Assembly: GCA_965219415.1 (NCBI GenBank)
Contig: CBDCNP010000002.1
Span: forward strand, 2,880,001 to 2,944,000
Source: Candidatus Marinacidobacterales bacterium
Lineage (GTDB): Bacteria > Acidobacteriota > Vicinamibacteria > Marinacidobacterales > DATDRI01
Length of the DNA stretch: 64,000 nucleotides
Direction: 5' to 3'
Shown here: positions 50,900 through 61,138 of the stretch, in pieces
Layout of the letters: each line of letters starts with the position of its first letter
Position numbering within the stretch: the stretch's first letter is position 1
Notes under the pieces: model-generated
Database searches by the model: none
Told to the model about the DNA's origin: nothing
The model's input: the letters and a program-made list of their open reading frames with translations, nothing else
Position numbers and translations under genes: made by a program

Positions 50900-51700
50900 T
50901 GCGATGTATGGCACCCACCATCGAGAACCTTCGAGAGGGTTGTCCATCATCATTGATTAGTCCGGGACTGGACTCTAGGCCCGGACTGCCCTCGAGCACA
51001 TGCTGGAGAGCGTGGTCAGCGCGCGAGGGAAGGTGCTGAGGACGAACTTCTCGGCGACCAGCCGAGTAACGCGAGCGACCAAGCTGACTCAGGCTGCCTC
51101 TCGCCACTCGTATCGGTGGTGCAGTCCACCGACTCGCGGCAGTGCGACGACTTTCGCCGTAGGAGACGGTCAGTGCGTGACCGCTCTCAAGCTCGGTGTG
51201 TCCTTGTTCAGCCCCAAGTGGCAACGGTCCTCGTGATAGTAGCTGATGTAAGCTCGCACGAGCCGGATGAGATGACATGCACCGAGAACCACGACGTGCT
51301 CAAGGAGCTCGCGACGGCAGCTGCCGACCCACCGCTCCGCGGTTCCGTTTTGCCATGGGCGGTGCTTCCGCCATCAAGTGTTGGTGAGATGACGCTAAGA
51401 CTTTACAGTGCATTAAGTTACAGTCAAAATAGCGCTTGTGACCTTCCCCGCGCGCTAAATGGAGCGTAAGTGCCTCTTTTGCAAAGGGATGCGTACATAT
51501 TACCAACAGTAAACAGCGGAAGCACCGTGTGAATCGCCCGGATCTTCTCAAGCAACTCCGCATCCGACACCGCGCGGGCCGACGGGGCACGCTCAAGCCA
51601 CGCATAGTAGCCGCTGGCGGAGACGTCCAGCTGTGCCTTCTATTTATTCATCCGGGCGCCCCGAACTTGATTAGTCTCCGGTCTGTCGGCACCATACCTG

Positions 51701-51850
51701 CTTGATTTCGTCGTTTGTTCGCGCTCTCATCTCCGCCTTCAAGGCTCATCGCGAGCTGGCTCTCGACAATGTCGCTCTTCGGCAGCAGTTCGCCGTCCTC
51801 TGCCGTCCGGTGAAACGGCCGCGGCTCTCGAAGGTCGACCGCGGGTTGGG
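51701..51850 (+). pseudogene. N-terminal fragment of an integrase-core transposase
   Basis: Translates ...ELALDNVALRQQFAVLCRPVKRPRLSKVDR, a degenerate ENLALRQQLAVL motif. Confidence 0.6.
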
Positions 51851-52718
51851 TAACTGTAAAGCCTAGGGGGCTGTGCCTTCTATTTATTCATCCGCGCGCA
51901 CCGAACTTGATTAGTCTCCGGTCGGTGCTTCCGCCATTAAGTGTTGGCGGCCAGCCCTGAACCGCTCCGGGTTTTCCGGAGACTGTTTTAGTTGAGTTTC
52001 GCCATCTCCAGCGAGCCTTCCTGCGACCGATAGTAGTTCATCTTTAATCTTTAGGAAAATCAAAATCTCATTTCTGATGCGCGCCAGAGCGAGCGCCACA
52101 GTCGTGCAGGGAGGGGACCTAACCCCGTTTTACCTGTGGTCTCTCCCCCTGGGGGGGCGCATAATCCGCGTTTTTCTTAGATCCTGCTGAGGGGAGGGGG
52201 GATGACCCCGTCCTGTGCCAAAACTCGGCCCTTTTGAAATAGACCGCAAATCAGCAGCTTAGACGCCCTTGGAATCCGCGCAGAATCCAGGGTATTTCGC
52301 GCCGCAGGACTGGCTTCCGACCCCTGGGCTGCGGGTGGCGGGCGACAGGCCCACCGGGGGTTGCGCACGGCTGGCTCAAATCGGCTGCCGGGGCGAGCTT
52401 CAGGCAACGAACTGCGCACCCGGAAGAAATACGTATCCGACCGCGGTGCCAGATTCAAGCAGCCCTCGGAAAGGTGCAAACTGCTGACCCGCTGGGCGTT
52501 CGAGTATTTTGACCAGACGACATCAGCTCCTCAAACTTCGACGATAGGCGTATTCTATACGGGATTATGGGTGGTTGCTCCGTCTACTGTTGCCGGCTCG
52601 TCCACGTCGTCGTGCGAGGACGGCATTTATGCACAGTTTGGCGCAAGCTGAACTCCGGTGACGTCTAAGCTGCTGATTTATGGTCTATTTCAAAAGAGCC
52701 GAGTTTTGGCACAGGACG

Positions 52719-53734
52719 AGGTGGTCATCTCCTTCCGCGAAGAAGACCCGCTTCCAGAGCGAGTGTTGAATCAGATCTTGGTGGGGGTATCGACCCGAAA
52801 TTACGAATCGAGTCTGGACAAACCCGCGGCCAAGTTGAAGTCTCGTGGCACGAGTAAGAGTGCCGCCAGCCGTCACCTCGTGAGCCAGACGACTAAGAAG
52901 CTCGAGGAATACCTGTCTCGGCGGCTAGAGGAGTTCGAGCTTGCGGCACTGATGCTGGATGGCCTTGAGGTGGCCGGACAGACCGTCGTCGTAACTCTAG
53001 GTATCACAATAGATGGAACGAAGGTGCCCCTGGGTATATGGCTGGGCTCGACGGAGAACTCTCGGGTGTGCACCGCGATGTTGCAGGACCTTCTCGAGCG
53101 AGGCTTGCGCGTCGATGAGTCGATTCTCTGCGTAGTGGACGGAGGCAAAGGCATCCGCAAGGCACTCGTCGACGTTTTGGGGGACCTCGCGGTCATCCAA
53201 AGGTGCCAGATCCATAAACTCCGGAATCTTCGCTCGTACCTTCCCAAGTCTCGTCACGCCTACGTGCTCCAGACGATGAAGGAAGCCTACAAGTGCAAGA
53301 GTGCCGACAAGGCGCGCAAGCGACTTCAGGCATTGGTGTCGTGGCTCGAGCGAAACGGCTACGACGAAGCTGCCGGAAGCCTTCGTGAAGGGATGGAAGA
53401 GACACTCACGGTCGTGAAGCTCGCGCTGCCCGCCTTACTTCGCTAGTCTCTTGCCACGACGAACGCCATTGAGAATCTCAACGGAACCATTCGCAGAGTA
53501 TCGAGAAACGTCAAGCGTTGGAAGAGTCCTTACATGGTTCGCCGATGGACCGCTCTTGGCGTCGTCACCGCGCAGAAAAAGTTCCGGCGTATCAAAGGCT
53601 ATCGCCATATGGGCGCTCTCGTTCACGCGCTTAGAAGCAAACAGAAATCTCTTGACAGCGATGAGTTTGCTGCCTAAGAGTATTCACAGGTGCCGCCGCT
53701 ACCCGACCAAATTCAACAGCGGCCGGGACATCCC
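52719..53734 (+). mobile_element. IS256-family element, 5'-truncated, with an in-frame stop at 53444
   Basis: GVSTRNY, LMLDG, VVDGGKG, QRCQIHK.RN, SLREGMEETLTV, then TTNAIENLN...RNVKRW to TAA 53677. Right end TTCAACAGCGGCCGGGACATCCC. Confidence 0.88.
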
Positions 53735-53736
53735 CA

Positions 53737-54010
53737 TACCTCATTCACGACCGGGACTCGAAGTTTTGCGAGTCGTTCCACCGGACCATCGATGCGGTTG
53801 GCGTTGCGCCCGTCAAGCTGCCTGCACGGAGCCCGGATTTGAACTCGTTCGCGGAGCGCTGGGTGAAGTCAGTCAAATAGGAATGTCTCTCGAAGCTCAT
53901 CCTGTTCGGCGAGAAGTCGCTCCGTCATGCGCTTAGGGAGTACGTCGTCTACTATCACCACGAGAGGAATCATCTAGGCAAGGAGAATCTACTGCTGTTC
54001 CCAGCCATCG
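53737..54010 (+). pseudogene. Second integrase-core transposase fragment
   Basis: YLIHDRDSKF...[31 protein letters not shown].SLR...HHERNH.GK, with a stop and indels. Confidence 0.8.
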
Positions 54011-54020
54011 AACAGTTACC

Positions 54021-55163
54021 TCAGTCCGAGCGCAAGGAAGGCTTGCCTTCTACGGGAGCCACGAGCCAACCGGTTCTCGGGTTACCTCTAGTGATGCGCT
54101 GAGGCTTGATCCCCGGAAGGACCCGCTCGAAGTCACTGAAAAGCGAAGGGACACCGTGGGCCTTGAGCCATTCGCCGTCGTTCATCATGTTGAAATGAAC
54201 GAGGCCGGCCTTTCCCACCTTTCCGATCACCTGTCCGGCGTTCACGCGGTCACCGATATCCACCGTCACGCTTCCCGGTAACAGGTGACAGGTCAGCGTG
54301 TACTCACTGTTACCATGATCGATGGTGACGAGATTACCCGCGAACACATCCCCATCTTCTTCGAGGAGCTCGCGAGCCGGCCTTGCGCCCCGACCGTAAT
54401 CTTCGATGTCGTTGCGCACGTCGACGACGACACCGTCACCGGCCGCCAGCACGGATTCCCCGAAGCTCTCCTCGTCGGCCTTAGCAAAGTCCCATCCCAT
54501 CGTCGTGAGGTTTCGAAAACCGGTGCGCCGGTGGCCGGAGTTGACGTCGTTCCCTTTGAGCACTGCCCAGGTTCCGGAGAAGGGAAGCCGCAGTCTCGCT
54601 TTCTGCTCGTGGCGCGTGAGGGAGATGGAGTGTTCGAGAGTTCGCAACTCACCCTGCGCATTGCGGAGATGAAACATAAGGTGAATGTTGTCGACATCCG
54701 CATAGGCGGGTCGGACGAACGGAATTCGGATCCAAGTGATCCTTTCACCGGCCGGAAGCTCAGGCTCGGTGGCCACTTCCTTTCCGAACATCACGTTGTC
54801 GAGAAAATAGCCCGTGTCCAGTTGGTAGGCTCCTTCGATCCATTCCATGCTTTCCAGATATTTCCGCGGCAGGGCTTCATGCCAAAGAGTTTTCTCGCCG
54901 CGCTTGAAGGAAATGTGCGCTTCGTCGAAACTCAGCGGCTCGTCTTCGCGCGATTCGAAGGCCAGGTGAAAGAGCCAGCTGAGGTCTTGGGTTTCTGCGG
55001 TGTCCCCGCTTTTCTTTGGAACCCCCTCGACGACGGTGTAGACGGTTTCCGGAACGGTCGTGACTTGGACTTTGGCCGGTGGTGGCACTTCAGTCCCGCC
55101 ACATCCCATCCATCCCACCGAGAGCAACGAGATGATCAGAGCAACCAGGCTCTTATCTTTCAT
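54021..55163 (-). CDS. M23-family metallopeptidase-like lipoprotein
   Basis: Lipobox MGC; H...WDF, VLAAGDG.V, GN.V.IDHG..EY...HL, V..GQ.IG..G. The HxH motif is degenerate (LVHF). Confidence 0.8.
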   Translation of the reverse strand: MKDKSLVALIISLLSVGWMGCGGTEVPPPAKVQVTTVPETVYTVVEGVPKKSGDTAETQDLSWLFHLAFESREDEPLSFDEAHISFKRGEKTLWHEALPRKYLESMEWIEGAYQLDTGYFLDNVMFGKEVATEPELPAGERITWIRIPFVRPAYADVDNIHLMFHLRNAQGELRTLEHSISLTRHEQKARLRLPFSGTWAVLKGNDVNSGHRRTGFRNLTTMGWDFAKADEESFGESVLAAGDGVVVDVRNDIEDYGRGARPARELLEEDGDVFAGNLVTIDHGNSEYTLTCHLLPGSVTVDIGDRVNAGQVIGKVGKAGLVHFNMMNDGEWLKAHGVPSLFSDFERVLPGIKPQRITRGNPRTGWLVAPVEGKPSLRSD

Positions 55164-55346
55164 GATCCATCCTCCTGGGGACTGCTCGTGGCCTGACATC
55201 TACCAAAGCTTCCGGGCGCGAAGCAAACGGCCAGCGGAATCATTGCGTTTTGACCAAGCTTTCCGGCGTGCTGCAAGCGAGGGCGTCGCCTGACTCTTAG
55301 CGGCCCTGGACTTCGGCCAATCGACGATACGGAATGTTGGCGTCAG

Positions 55347-55559
55347 TTACTCGTTGGACGATCGCCCACCCACCACGCTCCATCCACCCCGACAGTGCTT
55401 GCGGCGATACAGCAGCGGCCCGACGCTCGAGTCGGCGGCAGAAGTCGGCAGCGTGTCCGTCGTCACGGCAACGGCACCTTTCGGTTGGACGAGCGGTAGC
55501 AGAGGCGCAGTTGCTAAAGTGAGCAGCACCCGCCTCCGAGTCAGCGTTAGCTTCTCCAT
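55347..55559 (-). CDS. Small protein with a twin-arginine signal (3' end uncertain)
   Basis: AGGAGG RBS, then MEKLTLTRRRVLLTLATA. Confidence 0.5.
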   Translation of the reverse strand: MEKLTLTRRRVLLTLATAPLLPLVQPKGAVAVTTDTLPTSAADSSVGPLLYRRKHCRGGWSVVGGRSSNE

Positions 55560-55585
55560 TATCGCAGTTCCTCCTGAGTTGCCCC

Positions 55586-57256
55586 TTACTGTGGGTGCCA
55601 GTCGCCACCGACCGGAAACGTTATGTGGCCGTCGACGGTTTCCGGTGCAAGCGATGGAATACCGCCGAGGCGAGACAGTATGTTGTGTGTCATTTTCTCG
55701 ACATACCAGTCGCGTTTGATCAAACCCTGAACCCATTCGCAGGTACCCGCATTGAAGCCGGTTCCCCCAACGCGCTGGTAGGTCACCATACATGCCATCC
55801 TCGGGGTCGGATTGTTGTCCTGGGGGGCAATCGGAAACCCTGTGTTCAAAGGGGCCATACCTTCCCAGCGGTCCTCGTCGCCGAGCGGGATCGGCAGCAT
55901 ACCGATGATCTCCAGATTCTCAATGTGTGGATAGTTCGCAGTCACGACAGGGAGGCCGTCCTTCATCTGCCAATCGTCGTTCAAAATGCCGTCGAGCTCG
56001 AAGGCCGCGATGCCAACCGGGACGCCGCCCAACAGGTCGCCATAATAAAGATCCGTGCCCGAGAGCGTCCAATGGTTTGGCCGATAGATAAGGTACCCCG
56101 CCGGCGAGCGCGGCCCCGTGTTTCCGTAACGCAGATAGCCGGTGGCGTGGAGTCCGAAGGTGCTGTTGACCGGCTCCGCGAATCCCTCTTGCGGTGCCGA
56201 GCCGTCTGCTCTCGAGCCGCGCGCCTGCGTCGTTCCGTTGTTGCCCAACGTCATGCGCGCCGCGTTGAAGATGTTGCCGCCGAATCGCGCGAAGTTGTTG
56301 CCCGCTTCGAGAAACTTGTCGAGCACGCTGCGCATCTTCTCGCTGTAGTACTCGTCGTGTCCAACGGCGATTGCGCAGCGATGACCGTCGAGTATGTTCG
56401 GGTCTTCGTCGAGGTCCTGCTGCGTAATAATGTCCAGCTCGTAGCCCACTTCTTCCATCCATACCACAAAAGGACGTTCATAGGTTGCCCAAAAGGCGTC
56501 GTTGAAGTGGGGCGAGTAGCCGTGGAACCGGGCCCACTCATAGACCGGAAAGCGAACCCGCCAGAATGGCGGCTTATCGCTGTAATCCGCCTCGCGCGGA
56601 TAACCCGGCGGCAGGCGCAGCATGCCGCGCGCCAGCGGACGCTGCGTGGAGACCACGGCCGCCCCGATATTCTTTCGAGGATCGGGATTGTCGAGTGGTA
56701 GTCCTTGATACAGGTTCGCCCCGCCCCAGTCGTTATAGGCGTTCATCGTAGACGTGGTCATGATCAGGACCAGCGGTCGCCGCTCCTCGGGCCGCGGTCG
56801 CAACACGAAGAAATGCTCGCGCTCGAAGAGCTCGCCTTGCTCATCCCATGTCTTGACGATAATGAGATAGAAACCGCTCTCCCATTGCGGATCGATGAGC
56901 ACGGTCAACAGCACGGGCCATCCAGAGCCGATCTGGTAGCAATCTCTCGGTGTTTCCGTGTAGCGGCCCGGCACGTTTGTGCGCTCGAACACCGTCGTCG
57001 GTCGCGCGCCGTCCTTCACAATCGTGACGTCGAACGTCTTGGTCGTCGAAGTGGCATGGATCTGGATCGTCTCACCGTGCGCGTAGCTGTATTTATCGGT
57101 GTAACAGTAGACCTGTGGTCCGTCTTCGATGGTGCCCGGAAACTCAATCGGCCAACCTCTTTGCGACCAGGCGTATTCCGGGTCGCGGCGTGGACGAGTC
57201 GACGGACGATCGATCAGGAAATCTTGCATAGGCCACCTCCGCGCTTTGGTCGCCAT
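55586..57256 (-). CDS. N,N-dimethylformamidase beta-subunit family protein
   Basis: YTDKYSY..GE, W.SGFY, T..AYNDWGG.NLY, VGHDEYYS, FGGN and FNAGTCEW motifs. Start MATKARR after GAGG. Confidence 0.85.
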   Translation of the reverse strand: MATKARRWPMQDFLIDRPSTRPRRDPEYAWSQRGWPIEFPGTIEDGPQVYCYTDKYSYAHGETIQIHATSTTKTFDVTIVKDGARPTTVFERTNVPGRYTETPRDCYQIGSGWPVLLTVLIDPQWESGFYLIIVKTWDEQGELFEREHFFVLRPRPEERRPLVLIMTTSTMNAYNDWGGANLYQGLPLDNPDPRKNIGAAVVSTQRPLARGMLRLPPGYPREADYSDKPPFWRVRFPVYEWARFHGYSPHFNDAFWATYERPFVVWMEEVGYELDIITQQDLDEDPNILDGHRCAIAVGHDEYYSEKMRSVLDKFLEAGNNFARFGGNIFNAARMTLGNNGTTQARGSRADGSAPQEGFAEPVNSTFGLHATGYLRYGNTGPRSPAGYLIYRPNHWTLSGTDLYYGDLLGGVPVGIAAFELDGILNDDWQMKDGLPVVTANYPHIENLEIIGMLPIPLGDEDRWEGMAPLNTGFPIAPQDNNPTPRMACMVTYQRVGGTGFNAGTCEWVQGLIKRDWYVEKMTHNILSRLGGIPSLAPETVDGHITFPVGGDWHPQ

Positions 57257-57463
57257 CCTACCTCTTTTTGGTATTCGCGAAATCTCGGCCGTGCCGCACC
57301 ACGAGATCGGCACGATCGGGAAGGTTCGGGCGAGTTGGTCCTGTTCATGCGTTGGGATTGTGATGATGGTTCCCTGGGTGCACACGCCTTGGACGGCGGC
57401 TTGCGATCGCATCGGGTGGGAGGATCACGACGCCAACTCTTCGGTTGGCCGACGCGGCTGGAC

Positions 57464-58417
57464 CTATGAGTGATAGCAGACTCCGGGCAAGATGCACAGC
57501 ATTTCATAGAGCAGGTTTGCGGCCAGGAGTGCAGTGTTTCCCGACGTGTCGTAGGGTGGGGCCACCTCGACCAAGTCGCAACCCACCACGTCCAGGCCTC
57601 GGCAACCGCGGATGACCTCGATACCTTGCACAACCGTGAGGCCGCCGATTTCCGGTGTCCCTGTACCAGGGGCGTGCGCCGGATCCAGACCGTCCACGTC
57701 GAAGCTAATGTAAACGGGCCCTTTTCCCAGCTGGTCTCGAACTTCGGCCATGAGTGGGTTCAACGAGCGATGCCAGCAGTCATGGGCGGGCACAACCCGG
57801 AACCCCTGAGCTCGCGACCAATCGAAATCTTCGGCGGTGTAGCCGGTGCCTCGCAAACCGATTTGAACGACTCGCGGGCCGTCGACCAAGCCCTCCTCGA
57901 CAAGCCTCCGGAAGGGGGTCCCGTGGGTGACCTTCTCCCCAAACATCTCTGCGTTGGCGTCGGCGTGGGCATCCACGTGCACGACTCCCAGTGGTCCATG
58001 TTTCTCATGAAGCGCTCTCAATACCGGAAGCACAATAGTGTGGTCTCCTCCTAGGGTCAGGGGCCGGCAGCCGTTGGAGCAGATAGCGTGATAGGCCTCC
58101 TCGATGATGGCCATGCTTTTGTCGATGTTGAAAGTATTGATCGCGACATCCCCCAGATCGGCAACTTGAAGGCTATCAAAGGGCGCAGCACCGGTGGCCA
58201 GGTTGTAGGGGCGAATCAGGCAGGACTCGGCTCGGATTTGCCGAGGGCCAAAGCGTGCACCGCTCCGATTCGAAGTTCCGATATCGAAGGGTATGCCGAC
58301 GAAGCAAGCATCGAGCCCTTTCGATGTCGTCTGAGACGGCAGCCGCATCATCGTGGCGGGTCCCCCAAAGCGGGGCATCTCGTTTCCACTCAGAGGTTGG
58401 TTGAATTGTTTACTCAT
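57464..58417 (-). CDS. Ureohydrolase, guanidinobutyrase (GbuA)/agmatinase-like
   Basis: QPLSGNEMPRFGG.ATMMRLP, GGDH, HVDAHAD, HGTPF, SFDVDGLDP..APGTGTPE and LLYEMLC.LPG, closely resembling Pseudomonas GbuA. Confidence 0.92.
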   Translation of the reverse strand: MSKQFNQPLSGNEMPRFGGPATMMRLPSQTTSKGLDACFVGIPFDIGTSNRSGARFGPRQIRAESCLIRPYNLATGAAPFDSLQVADLGDVAINTFNIDKSMAIIEEAYHAICSNGCRPLTLGGDHTIVLPVLRALHEKHGPLGVVHVDAHADANAEMFGEKVTHGTPFRRLVEEGLVDGPRVVQIGLRGTGYTAEDFDWSRAQGFRVVPAHDCWHRSLNPLMAEVRDQLGKGPVYISFDVDGLDPAHAPGTGTPEIGGLTVVQGIEVIRGCRGLDVVGCDLVEVAPPYDTSGNTALLAANLLYEMLCILPGVCYHS

Positions 58418-58446
58418 CTACGGGTCATTCCGCTCGCTCAGGGTGG

Positions 58447-59871
58447 TCATCCTCGAACGTAACCGCCGCGACCGGCGGGCATCACGAACAGACGGGTCAG
58501 CAGGTAGTAGGAGCACATGGTGACCACCATCGCCGGCAGCGACGCCGAAAGGTGTTGAAAAGCACTACCGTTGGCAAAGGTGAAGGGGTCGAACAACAAA
58601 AAGTAGGTAGCAACGCCCAATCCAACTGACAGGATTGCCAGAAGATTGACACCTGCCCAGAAGAAGTAGGGACTAGACCGAGAGGTGTTAAAGATCTTCC
58701 GAATGTCAATCCGCTGTCCTCGCAACAAGAAGAAGTCGACCAACCACAGGCCGGCGAGCGGACTCATCAATGTACCGGTGATAGCCAGCAGAGTACCGAA
58801 GTGAGAGTACACCCATTGGGAGAACAGCGTCAGCACAGCACAGGGCACGATGAAGACAGTAAGCAGGCGAGTCCAACTCATATGTTGAAACAATTTCCTT
58901 TGTCTCAGTGCCACGCAGGCCACGTAGACTGTTGAAACCGTTGCCGTGATGTTGCCGAATCCGATGAACAACAGCACGATGACGCCTAGGCCCACGCCCG
59001 CCATTGGAACCATCCATTGGGTGGGGTCACTGCTGCCGAAGCGAAGACCCGCGATCAAACCAACCACGCTTCCCATCACCGCAAAAAGGTTGAGACCAAT
59101 CATGTTGGGCCAAAAGGCCGACCGCCTGGACTTGGAAAGACGTGACAGGTTCCCCATGAAGCACCACCAGCCGAACCCGGCACCAAGATTCAACTCGAAG
59201 ACGATGATGTATCCTTCCCACCGGTCCACGGATGGATCCAACGGCGGTAATGCCAAAAGCTCCGCGATTGACAGCTCCCTGAGGATAATCACCACCATCA
59301 GAACCAGGATGACGCCGAGACCGGGAGCTACAAAACGGTTCAGCTCGCGAATAGACTTGGCCCCGCGTCTCAAAACGAGCCACACGAAACCTAGCCCTAG
59401 CAATGCGCAAGAGACAGTAATCCAGGTCTCCAGAACTTGGGATACGTCCACCAGCGTTCTTAGAATATTGAGGAAGACGTTCCCCAGCATGGCCATCAAG
59501 ACGGCTGTCCATCCGACCCAGATGACCTCTGCGAACGTCAGTGGGAAGAGCGTCCCCCTATGACCGAACACACTGCGAAGGAGAGTAAACTGTTCAATGC
59601 CATACTTATTGGAGACGATGGTAGTGGACAATGCCATCAACAAGACGGCGACTGAGTTGCCCGCCAGGATGGCGGCGATACCCATTTTCACACCGACGTA
59701 GTTTGCGCAAATGCCGCCGATCAAGAACACCCAGGTAGCGATCGCCAAACCGATGGTAATCAGCGTATAGTCGAGAAATCCCCAAATTCTCGCTTCCGGC
59801 AGGATGGGTAGAACTTCATTCCAACTCTCGCGAGTTATCTCCTCCTCTACGCTCAACTCCTGCTCGCCCAT
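58447..59871 (-). CDS. NCS1 (cytosine/purine/allantoin) family permease
   Basis: About 12 TM segments, KYGI....LRSVFG.RG, LSR, DFF.LR and Y.FW.GVN motifs. Confidence 0.85.
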   Translation of the reverse strand: MGEQELSVEEEITRESWNEVLPILPEARIWGFLDYTLITIGLAIATWVFLIGGICANYVGVKMGIAAILAGNSVAVLLMALSTTIVSNKYGIEQFTLLRSVFGHRGTLFPLTFAEVIWVGWTAVLMAMLGNVFLNILRTLVDVSQVLETWITVSCALLGLGFVWLVLRRGAKSIRELNRFVAPGLGVILVLMVVIILRELSIAELLALPPLDPSVDRWEGYIIVFELNLGAGFGWWCFMGNLSRLSKSRRSAFWPNMIGLNLFAVMGSVVGLIAGLRFGSSDPTQWMVPMAGVGLGVIVLLFIGFGNITATVSTVYVACVALRQRKLFQHMSWTRLLTVFIVPCAVLTLFSQWVYSHFGTLLAITGTLMSPLAGLWLVDFFLLRGQRIDIRKIFNTSRSSPYFFWAGVNLLAILSVGLGVATYFLLFDPFTFANGSAFQHLSASLPAMVVTMCSYYLLTRLFVMPAGRGGYVRG

Positions 59872-59892
59872 GATTTCTTTCTCGAGAGAACC

Positions 59893-60117
59893 TCAGTGCC
59901 ATCCCCAAAACATTGCCAGGATGGGAAGCACGAGTCCCAACAGCACCATCAACAGATAGTCGAATCTGTTGAACTTTCCAAGGGGTGTAACGTCGCGCCC
60001 CTCCGGTGCCAGGATGGTGAGCCTCCTTTCAAGCTCTTGGTGAAAGGCGCTCCCGAGCGTATCAGCGGAGCCGTCCGCGTCGGACGACGAGCTCTGATTG
60101 TGATCCTTCATTATCAT
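59893..60117 (-). CDS. Small single-pass membrane protein upstream of the permease
   Basis: ELERRL...DYLLMVLLGLVLPILAMFWGW. Confidence 0.6.
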   Translation of the reverse strand: MIMKDHNQSSSSDADGSADTLGSAFHQELERRLTILAPEGRDVTPLGKFNRFDYLLMVLLGLVLPILAMFWGWH

Positions 60118-60259
60118 GGTTACTCACTGTCGCTGGTCGGGACCGCGACGGACCGCGCATCTTGCCGTGCGAGCAAATAGCGAGTCCCGTGCGTGAAGCT
60201 GAGTGCTGGACTTGAAAGACTGGCCGGCGGACCGGATCAAAGTGAGGCTTCGGCGTCGA

Positions 60260-61087
60260 TTACGCTGCGCCGCTCGTCTCCCGTGCTCCTCGCTTGTGTT
60301 CGGCGACGGGCCGATGGCCGAGCTCACCCGAAATCTTCCAAGCCGCACTCGTTGCGAGTGAAATGAGTCGCTCACGTTCATTGGGAGAGAAACGGCTCTT
60401 GGGAACCGTGAGGCTTATCCCGGCTACCAGGGCGCCCTTCTCGTTAAACACCGGCGCACCGACCGCACAGACGCCATCTTCGTACTCCTCTTCCTCTACG
60501 GAATGACCGCATTCACGGATCTTCCTGAGCCGCTTCCTCAGGTCCGAAACATTAGTAAGGGTGCGAGAGGTGAATTGCTCGAGATGAATGCTCTTCAGCA
60601 GTTCCTCGCTTTCGCTATCCTGCGCGAACGCGAGAAAGAGTTTAGGCGAAGCTCCTACGTGCAACGGCAGCATCTCCCCCACTCGGTCTGAGACACGGAG
60701 CCTCCGGCCGCTCTCGCGATGGCCCACACAGACGGCATGATGACCGCGCCGTACGAGCAGATGTGCGACCTCCTGGCTCTCTTGCGCGAGCGATTCGAGA
60801 TGAGGAGATACGAAGGAGAAAAACTCGAAGTGTCGAGGTACGTGATGGGCCAACCGCATGAGAGTCACGCCAACTTGGTAGGCCTGCGTCTCGGGATCCT
60901 TTCTGAAATAGCCCCGAGCCTCGAGGGTTTGGAGAATCCGGAACGTGCGGTTCTTGCTGAGCCCAACCCTCCTGCTGAGCTCGCTCACTCCTTGCGAGGC
61001 CTGTGGCCATTCCAGAGTGCTCTCGAGCAACATTAGGGCCGCGTCCACGCTTGCGATCCGATTCTGTCTTGGGCGTCGTGGTGGCAT
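60260..61087 (-). CDS. IclR-family transcriptional regulator
   Basis: SVD.AL.LL, GVSELSRRVGLSK....RILQTL..GY, PLH.GAS.K.FLA and G...VGAPV motifs. Confidence 0.92.
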   Translation of the reverse strand: MPPRRPRQNRIASVDAALMLLESTLEWPQASQGVSELSRRVGLSKNRTFRILQTLEARGYFRKDPETQAYQVGVTLMRLAHHVPRHFEFFSFVSPHLESLAQESQEVAHLLVRRGHHAVCVGHRESGRRLRVSDRVGEMLPLHVGASPKLFLAFAQDSESEELLKSIHLEQFTSRTLTNVSDLRKRLRKIRECGHSVEEEEYEDGVCAVGAPVFNEKGALVAGISLTVPKSRFSPNERERLISLATSAAWKISGELGHRPVAEHKRGARETSGAA

Positions 61088-61138
61088 ATCAATCGGTGAC
61101 TACTAAATTAACTTTCAGGCTCGTGACGCCACTCCTTT

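Larger units (their letters stand above)
50487..51923 (+). repeat. End type 3, TGTGCCTTCTATTTATTCATCCG, three copies (about 50487, 51632, 51872)
   Basis: Exact 23-mer repeated. The last two copies extend with CCGAACTTGATTAGTCTCCGGTC. Confidence 0.8.
49835..52519 (+). repeat. End type 2, TGACCCGCTGGGCGTTCGARTATTTTRACCAGACG, two copies (49835..49869, 52485..52519)
   Basis: 33 of 35 bases identical by eye. The reverse complement (CGTCTGGTCAAAATACTCG) resembles end type 1. Confidence 0.75.
49176..52718. repeat. End type 1, CGTCCTGTGCCAAAACTCG..., four copies: 49176(+), ending 50633(-), 52209(+), ending 52718(-)
   Basis: About 55 bp shared. 50511..50633 is an inverted near-copy of 52209..52331. 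Each copy carries AATCAGCA(A/G)CTTA, an IHF consensus. Confidence 0.85.
49176..54010. mobile_element. Decayed and nested mobile-element region (integrase-core/rve elements, IS256, cargo remnants)
   Basis: Several transposase fragments and repeated terminal sequences, itemised below. Confidence 0.85.

Noticed and set aside
49176-52718. CRISPR array from the repeated 23-55 bp sequences
   Set aside because: Spacing is irregular, orientations are mixed, no cas genes are present, and the repeats abut transposase fragments.
53444-53446. Pyrrolysine or readthrough at the in-frame TAG in the IS256 transposase
   Set aside because: The element is already 5'-truncated in a decayed region, so a nonsense mutation is a sufficient explanation.
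57464-58417. Naming the gene speB, or calling it a metformin or guanidine hydrolase
   Set aside because: It has canonical Mn-type motifs and looks closest to GbuA. The substrate cannot be fixed from sequence alone.
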